Origin: Escherichia phage BZ13
Reading direction: 5' to 3' (one strand)
Sequence record: FJ483839.1
Length of the DNA: 3,458 nucleotides
Below the pieces are notes generated by a model, which was not told where the DNA came from, made no database searches, and saw nothing but the letters and a program-made list of their open reading frames with translations. A program made the position numbers and the translations under genes. Below, piece by piece: positions 1 through 3,458 of the stretch. Within the stretch, counting starts at the first letter, position 1, and each line of letters opens with the position of its first letter.

Positions 1-128
1 GGGTGGGACCCCTTTCGGGGTCCTGCTCAACTTCCTGTCGAGCTAATGCCATTTTTTTAATGTCTTTAGCGAGACGCTACCATGCCGTTAGGTTTAGATG
101 ACGGTATATTCCATATACCGGAGGATCT
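1..128 (+). promoter_or_regulatory. 5' untranslated leader of the ssRNA phage genome (replication and translation-control region)
   Basis: Window starts GGGTGGGACCCCTTTCGGGGTCC..., which matches my recollection of the conserved 5' end of MS2/GA-type phage RNAs. No convincing gene starts before the maturation ATG at 129. A CTTCCT element at 31-36 could pair with the maturation gene Shine-Dalgarno. Confidence 0.85.
5..24 (+). promoter_or_regulatory. 5'-terminal stem-loop
   Basis: Seen directly: GGACCCC (6-12) is the exact reverse complement of GGGGTCC (17-23), with a 4-nt loop TTTC (13-16) and a possible G5-U24 wobble. A stable GC-rich hairpin at the extreme 5' end is characteristic of this phage family. 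Confidence 0.75.
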
Positions 129-1301
129 ATGTTTCCGAAGTCAAATATCGACAGAAATTACAAGGTTAAACTTATTTCTTACGACAAGAAGGGGAATCTT
201 GTTTCCGACGACTCTTTTGAGCAAGTCGAAAACTATCTCTTTCAAAACCGTTCGAATACGTATAAACCTGGATATATTCGTCGCGACTTTCGAAGACCAA
301 CTAACTTTTGGAACGGCTATCGCTGTTTCAATCAGCCAGTTGGTACCTTCACTCGGAAACTCTCTGATGGTGGGAGACAAGTTGCTGATTATGGCATTGT
401 GAACCCTAATAAGTTCACTGCCAACAGTCAGCACTTGGGGGACAACATGGTAATTTACCCTGGTCCCTTCTCTATAAATATTGATCAGCGTGCTTCTGTC
501 GAAGTCCTCAATAAGCTTTCACAGTCGAACCTCAATATTGGGGTTGCGATTGCTGAGGCTAAGATGACTGCTTCATTACTCGCTAAGCAATCTATAGCTC
601 TCATCAGAGCCTACACTGCTGCAAAGCGCGGTAATTGGCGAGAGGTGTTTTCTCAACTCCTCATCTCCGAACACCGTTTCAGAGCTCCTGCTAAGGATCT
701 CGGAGGTCGATGGCTCGAACTGCAGTACGGTTGGTTACCCCTTATGAGTGATTTGAAAGCTGCATATGATTTGCTCACGCAAACCAAACTGCCTGCTTTC
801 ATGCCCTTGAGGGTTACCCGCACCGTTGGCGGAACGCACAATTATAAAGTGCGCAACGTCGAATCTGCAGGGGATACTTGGTCCTATAGCGATCGTTTGT
901 CGGTGAATTACCGAATATGGTATTTCATTTCCGACCCGCGACTCGCATGGGCTAGTTCCCTTGGGCTTCTTAACCCTTTGGAAATCTACTGGGAAAAGAC
1001 GCCCTGGTCGTTCGTTGTTGACTGGTTCTTACCTGTCGGTAATCTTATAGAAGCCATGAGTAATCCTCTTGGCCTCGACATTATTTCCGGCACGAAGACC
1101 TGGCAACTTGAATCAAAACTTAACGCGACGCTTCCGGCTCCGGGTTGGTCTGGAACTGCAAAGTTGACTGCATATGCGAAAGCGTATGACAGATCGACTT
1201 TCTATTCCTTCCCCACCCCGTTGCCGTACGTGAAATCTCCACTTAGTGGGCTTCACCTAGCGAATGCGTTAGCCTTAATCAACCAACGCCTGAAAAGGTA
1301 A
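129..1301 (+). CDS. mat: Maturation (A) protein, 390 aa: pilus-binding and RNA-binding virion protein
   Basis: 390-aa ORF with GGAGG (120-124) upstream of the ATG at 129. The translation has blocks I recognise from the MS2 A protein: RGNWR, GRWLELQ(Y/F)[29 protein letters not shown], and a C-terminal ALALI-QRL. Position (first gene) and length fit the family. Confidence 0.93.
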   Translation: MFPKSNIDRNYKVKLISYDKKGNLVSDDSFEQVENYLFQNRSNTYKPGYIRRDFRRPTNFWNGYRCFNQPVGTFTRKLSDGGRQVADYGIVNPNKFTANSQHLGDNMVIYPGPFSINIDQRASVEVLNKLSQSNLNIGVAIAEAKMTASLLAKQSIALIRAYTAAKRGNWREVFSQLLISEHRFRAPAKDLGGRWLELQYGWLPLMSDLKAAYDLLTQTKLPAFMPLRVTRTVGGTHNYKVRNVESAGDTWSYSDRLSVNYRIWYFISDPRLAWASSLGLLNPLEIYWEKTPWSFVVDWFLPVGNLIEAMSNPLGLDIISGTKTWQLESKLNATLPAPGWSGTAKLTAYAKAYDRSTFYSFPTPLPYVKSPLSGLHLANALALINQRLKR

Positions 1302-1317
1302 TTACGGAGTTAGCCAT

Positions 1318-1710
1318 ATGGCAACTTTACGCAGTTTCGTACTCGTCGATAATGGCGGTACGGGGAATGTTACTGTCGTTCCTGTTAGCAATGCCAACGG
1401 CGTCGCTGAGTGGCTTTCTAATAACTCACGCAGTCAAGCTTATCGCGTGACTGCCAGTTATCGTGCGTCAGGCGCGGACAAGCGCAAATACACCATTAAA
1501 CTTGAAGTACCGAAAATCGTTACTCAAGTTGTAAATGGAGTTGAGCTGCCTGTTTCCGCATGGAAGGCTTACGCCTCTATCGACCTGACCATCCCTATCT
1601 TTGCTGCAACCGATGATGTGACCGTTATTTCCAAGTCACTCGCTGGCCTGTTCAAAGTTGGGGACCCTATCGCCGACGCTATCTCTTCTCAGAGTGGCTT
1701 CTACGCGTAA
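1318..1710 (+). CDS. cp: Coat (capsid) protein, 130 aa including the initiator Met
   Basis: ORF preceded by GGAG at 1306-1309, 8 nt before the ATG at 1318. Protein begins MATLRSFVLVDNGGTGNVTVVP... and contains NGVAEWLSNNSRSQAY and LTIPIFA, which matches my recollection of GA-type coat protein and is clearly homologous to MS2 coat (FVLVDNGGTG, NGVAEW, SRSQAY, ELTIPIF). Stop TAA at 1708-1710. Confidence 0.95.
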   Translation: MATLRSFVLVDNGGTGNVTVVPVSNANGVAEWLSNNSRSQAYRVTASYRASGADKRKYTIKLEVPKIVTQVVNGVELPVSAWKAYASIDLTIPIFAATDDVTVISKSLAGLFKVGDPIADAISSQSGFYA

Positions 1711-1901
1711 TGGGTCTGAAAGCAAAACATAAGGAAAACCTATGTTCCGATTCACAGAGATCGAAAAGACTCTATGTATGGATCGCACTCGCGATTGTGC
1801 TGTCCGATTTCACGTCTATCTTCAGTCATTGGATTTGGGGTCTTCTGATCCTCATTCTCCGGACTTTGATGGACTTGCCTACCTTCGTGATGAATGTTTA
1901 A
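1710..1901 (+). CDS. lys: Lysis protein (L-type single-gene lysis protein), 63 aa
   Basis: ORF in a third frame whose ATG (1710-1712) overlaps the coat stop TAA (1708-1710) as TAATG, and which runs 160 nt into the replicase gene. Basic N-terminus (K, H, R rich) followed by a hydrophobic stretch LYVWIALAIVLSDFTSIFSHWIWGLLILIL. The AIVLSDF segment resembles MS2 L (AIFLSKF) and carries the conserved Leu-Ser dipeptide (codons at 1800-1805). Confidence 0.85.
   Translation: MGLKAKHKENLCSDSQRSKRLYVWIALAIVLSDFTSIFSHWIWGLLILILRTLMDLPTFVMNV
1726..1746 (+). promoter_or_regulatory. Coat-protein operator hairpin (translational operator of the replicase gene)
   Basis: Seen directly: AACAUA-A-GG-AAAA-CC-UAUGUU. 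Lower stem 1726-1731 pairs with 1741-1746, A1732 is unpaired (bulge), GG 1733-1734 pairs with CC 1739-1740, loop AAAA 1735-1738. The replicase ATG (1742-1744) lies in the 3' arm. Same architecture as the MS2 operator (ACAUG-A-GG-AUUA-CC-CAUGU). Confidence 0.9.
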
Positions 1902-3340
1902 CTAAACATCCCTCACTCGGAGACAGTAATTCGGACGCACGCCGTAAGGAATTGGCATATGCCAAACTTATGGATAGTGATCAAAGATGCAAAATCCAAA
2001 ACAGTAACGGATACGACTACTCTCATATCGAGAGTGGCGTACTGAGTGGTATACTCAAGACTGCTCAGGCCCTTGTGGCAAACTTGCTTACGGGTTTTGA
2101 ATCTCACTTCCTGAACGATTGTTCGTTCTCCAACGGAGCCTCACAAGGGTTCAAGTTGCGGGATGCAGCGCCGTTTAAGAAGATCGCTGGGCAAGCAACC
2201 GTTACAGCTCCTGCCTATGACATTGCCGTGGCCGCCGTTAAAACGTGCGCACCGTGGTATGCTTATATGCAGGAAACGTATGGCGATGAAACCAAATGGT
2301 TTCGTCGGGTGTACGGCAACGGTTTGTTTTCTGTTCCGAAGAACAATAAAATAGATCGGGCTGCCTGTAAGGAGCCTGATATGAATATGTACCTTCAGAA
2401 AGGGGCGGGATCTTTTATAAGAAAACGCCTTCGCTCCGTTGGTATAGATCTTAATGATCAAACGCGCAACCAGGAATTAGCCCGACTTGGCAGCATTGAT
2501 GGGTCGCTCGCTACTATTGATCTTAGTAGCGCTAGTGACTCCATCTCTGACCGTCTCGTCTGGGATTTACTTCCACCGCACGTCTATTCATACCTCGCTC
2601 GTATTCGCTCGTCTTTCACTATGATTGACGGGCGCTTACACAAGTGGGGTCTATTTTCTACCATGGGTAACGGCTTTACATTCGAACTCGAGTCCATGAT
2701 CTTTTGGGCCCTGAGTAAGAGCGTTATGCTGTCCATGGGTGTTACTGGCTCATTAGGCGTCTACGGTGACGATATAATCGTTCCTGTTGAATGTGCCCCG
2801 ACCCTCCTTAAGGTATTATCCGCTGTGAACTTTCTTCCGAATCAGAAGAAGACGTTTACGACGGGTTACTTTCGTGAGAGTTGCGGTGCTCATTTCTTTA
2901 AAGGCGCCGACATGAAACCTTTTTACTGCAAGCGGCCAATGGAAACCCTTCCCGATGTCATGTTGCTCTGCAACAGGATAAGGGGTTGGCAGACCGTTGG
3001 TGGAATGTCAGATCCGCGGCTCTTTCCGATTTGGAAGGAGTTTGCTGATATGATTCCGCCGAAGTTTAAGGGTGGATGTAACCTGGATCGCGATACTTAC
3101 CTCGTTTCACCTGATAAACCTGGTGTCACACTGGTTCGTATTGCTAAGGTACGCTCTGGTTTTAACCACGCGTTCCCGTACGGCTATGAAAACGGCCGTT
3201 ACGTCCATTGGCTACATATGGGATCGGGAGAAGTTCTCGAGACCATATCCTCCGCCAGGTTTAGGTGCAAACCTAACTCGGAATGGAGAACACAGATCCC
3301 TCTATTTCCTCAGGAATTAGAGGCCTGCGTTCTCTCCTGA
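1742..3340 (+). CDS. rep: RNA-directed RNA polymerase (replicase beta subunit), 532 aa
   Basis: Longest ORF, starting in the operator hairpin. Contains VPKNNKIDRAACKEPDMNMYLQKG, which matches my recollection of MS2 replicase, plus RdRp motifs: IDLSSASDSIS (motif A-like), STMGNGFTFELES (motif B-like), and YGDD at nt 2762-2773 (codons 341-344) as catalytic motif C. Ends with a tandem stop TGA-TAG (3338-3343). Confidence 0.96.
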   Translation: MFRFTEIEKTLCMDRTRDCAVRFHVYLQSLDLGSSDPHSPDFDGLAYLRDECLTKHPSLGDSNSDARRKELAYAKLMDSDQRCKIQNSNGYDYSHIESGVLSGILKTAQALVANLLTGFESHFLNDCSFSNGASQGFKLRDAAPFKKIAGQATVTAPAYDIAVAAVKTCAPWYAYMQETYGDETKWFRRVYGNGLFSVPKNNKIDRAACKEPDMNMYLQKGAGSFIRKRLRSVGIDLNDQTRNQELARLGSIDGSLATIDLSSASDSISDRLVWDLLPPHVYSYLARIRSSFTMIDGRLHKWGLFSTMGNGFTFELESMIFWALSKSVMLSMGVTGSLGVYGDDIIVPVECAPTLLKVLSAVNFLPNQKKTFTTGYFRESCGAHFFKGADMKPFYCKRPMETLPDVMLLCNRIRGWQTVGGMSDPRLFPIWKEFADMIPPKFKGGCNLDRDTYLVSPDKPGVTLVRIAKVRSGFNHAFPYGYENGRYVHWLHMGSGEVLETISSARFRCKPNSEWRTQIPLFPQELEACVLS

Positions 3341-3458
3341 TAGTATCAGGACCTCCCCGGACGGGGTGGGTGTGACCGAAAGGCCACTATGGAGGTGAAC
3401 CCTCCACCGCCCAAAAGGCGGTTCTCGGTGACTAGTTTGCTTGGCTAGTCACCACCCA
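3341..3458 (+). promoter_or_regulatory. 3' untranslated region with replicase-recognition structures and 3'-terminal CCCA
   Basis: No ORF after the replicase stop. GC-rich, self-complementary segments are visible (CCCCGGACGGGG at 3355-3366; GTGACCGAAAGGCCAC at 3372-3387 with a GAAA loop). The window ends ...CACCACCCA, as expected for this phage family. Confidence 0.85.
3429..3451 (+). promoter_or_regulatory. 3'-terminal stem-loop immediately before the terminal ACCACCCA
   Basis: Seen directly: TGACTAG (3429-3435) is the reverse complement of CTAGTCA (3445-3451), with a 9-nt loop TTTGCTTGG (3436-3444). Confidence 0.7.

Noticed and set aside
82-402. 106-aa + strand ORF starting at an ATG in the leader and overlapping the maturation gene in another frame
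   Set aside because: No Shine-Dalgarno upstream of the ATG at 82. The leader is expected to be tightly structured, and an unused AUG occurs at the equivalent place in the MS2 leader as I recall it. The product has no recognisable motif or compositional signal. Most likely a chance open frame.
141-434. 97-aa ORF on the minus strand
   Set aside because: In a positive-sense ssRNA phage the minus strand is a replication intermediate and is not translated; there are no start signals.
653-841. 62-aa ORF on the minus strand
   Set aside because: Same reason: antisense to the maturation gene of a + strand RNA genome, with no supporting signals.
1313-1322. Palindrome GCCATATGGC over the coat start codon (includes CATATG) that might suggest an engineered cloning site
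   Set aside because: CATATG also occurs at several other places in the window, so it is not a unique engineered site. The palindrome is too short to be a stable hairpin on its own, although it may be part of a larger coat-initiation structure.
1913-2107. 64-aa ORF on the minus strand
   Set aside because: Antisense to the replicase gene; not expected to be expressed from an RNA phage minus strand.
2163-2354. 63-aa + strand ORF embedded in the replicase gene in another frame
   Set aside because: Arginine- and leucine-rich product typical of out-of-frame reading of coding sequence; no Shine-Dalgarno, no hydrophobic segment, no motif.
2141-2461. 106-aa ORF on the minus strand
   Set aside because: Antisense to the replicase gene; no ribosome-binding site, and the product is low-complexity with no recognisable motif.
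1-3458. Looked for a bacterial defence system, CRISPR array, toxin-antitoxin pair, integrase, transposase, tRNA or other accessory-region content
   Set aside because: None found. The window is fully accounted for by four phage genes and their UTRs, with no direct repeats or spacers, no DNA-level promoter or terminator context, and no host genes.
3452-3458. 3'-terminal CCACCCA as a possible tRNA CCA end or tRNA-like structure
   Set aside because: No cloverleaf can be drawn from the preceding sequence. The 3' end is better explained as the standard terminus of this phage family, complementary to the 5' GGG start.

Overview
The whole 3458-nt window reads as a full-length cDNA copy of a small positive-sense ssRNA coliphage genome of the MS2/GA type (Emesvirus; Fiersviridae, formerly Leviviridae), not a stretch of bacterial DNA. 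It has the canonical four-gene layout on the + strand: maturation (A) protein 129-1301, coat protein 1318-1710, a 63-aa lysis protein 1710-1901 in a third frame that overlaps the coat stop and the start of the replicase, and the RNA replicase beta subunit 1742-3340 with a YGDD motif. The coat and lysis sequences, and the gene sizes (390/130/63/532 aa), match my recollection of group II phage GA rather than MS2; this is from memory and not a database search. Both genome termini appear to be present: a 5' GGG-initiated terminal hairpin and a 3' end ...CCACCCA that is complementary to the 5' end. The coat-protein operator hairpin sits exactly over the replicase start codon. I find no CRISPR array, tRNA/rRNA, mobile element, host gene or defence-system candidate. 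I do not see a previously undescribed system here; the points worth a second look are the compact RNA-level regulatory elements and a few embedded ORFs that I rate as weak.
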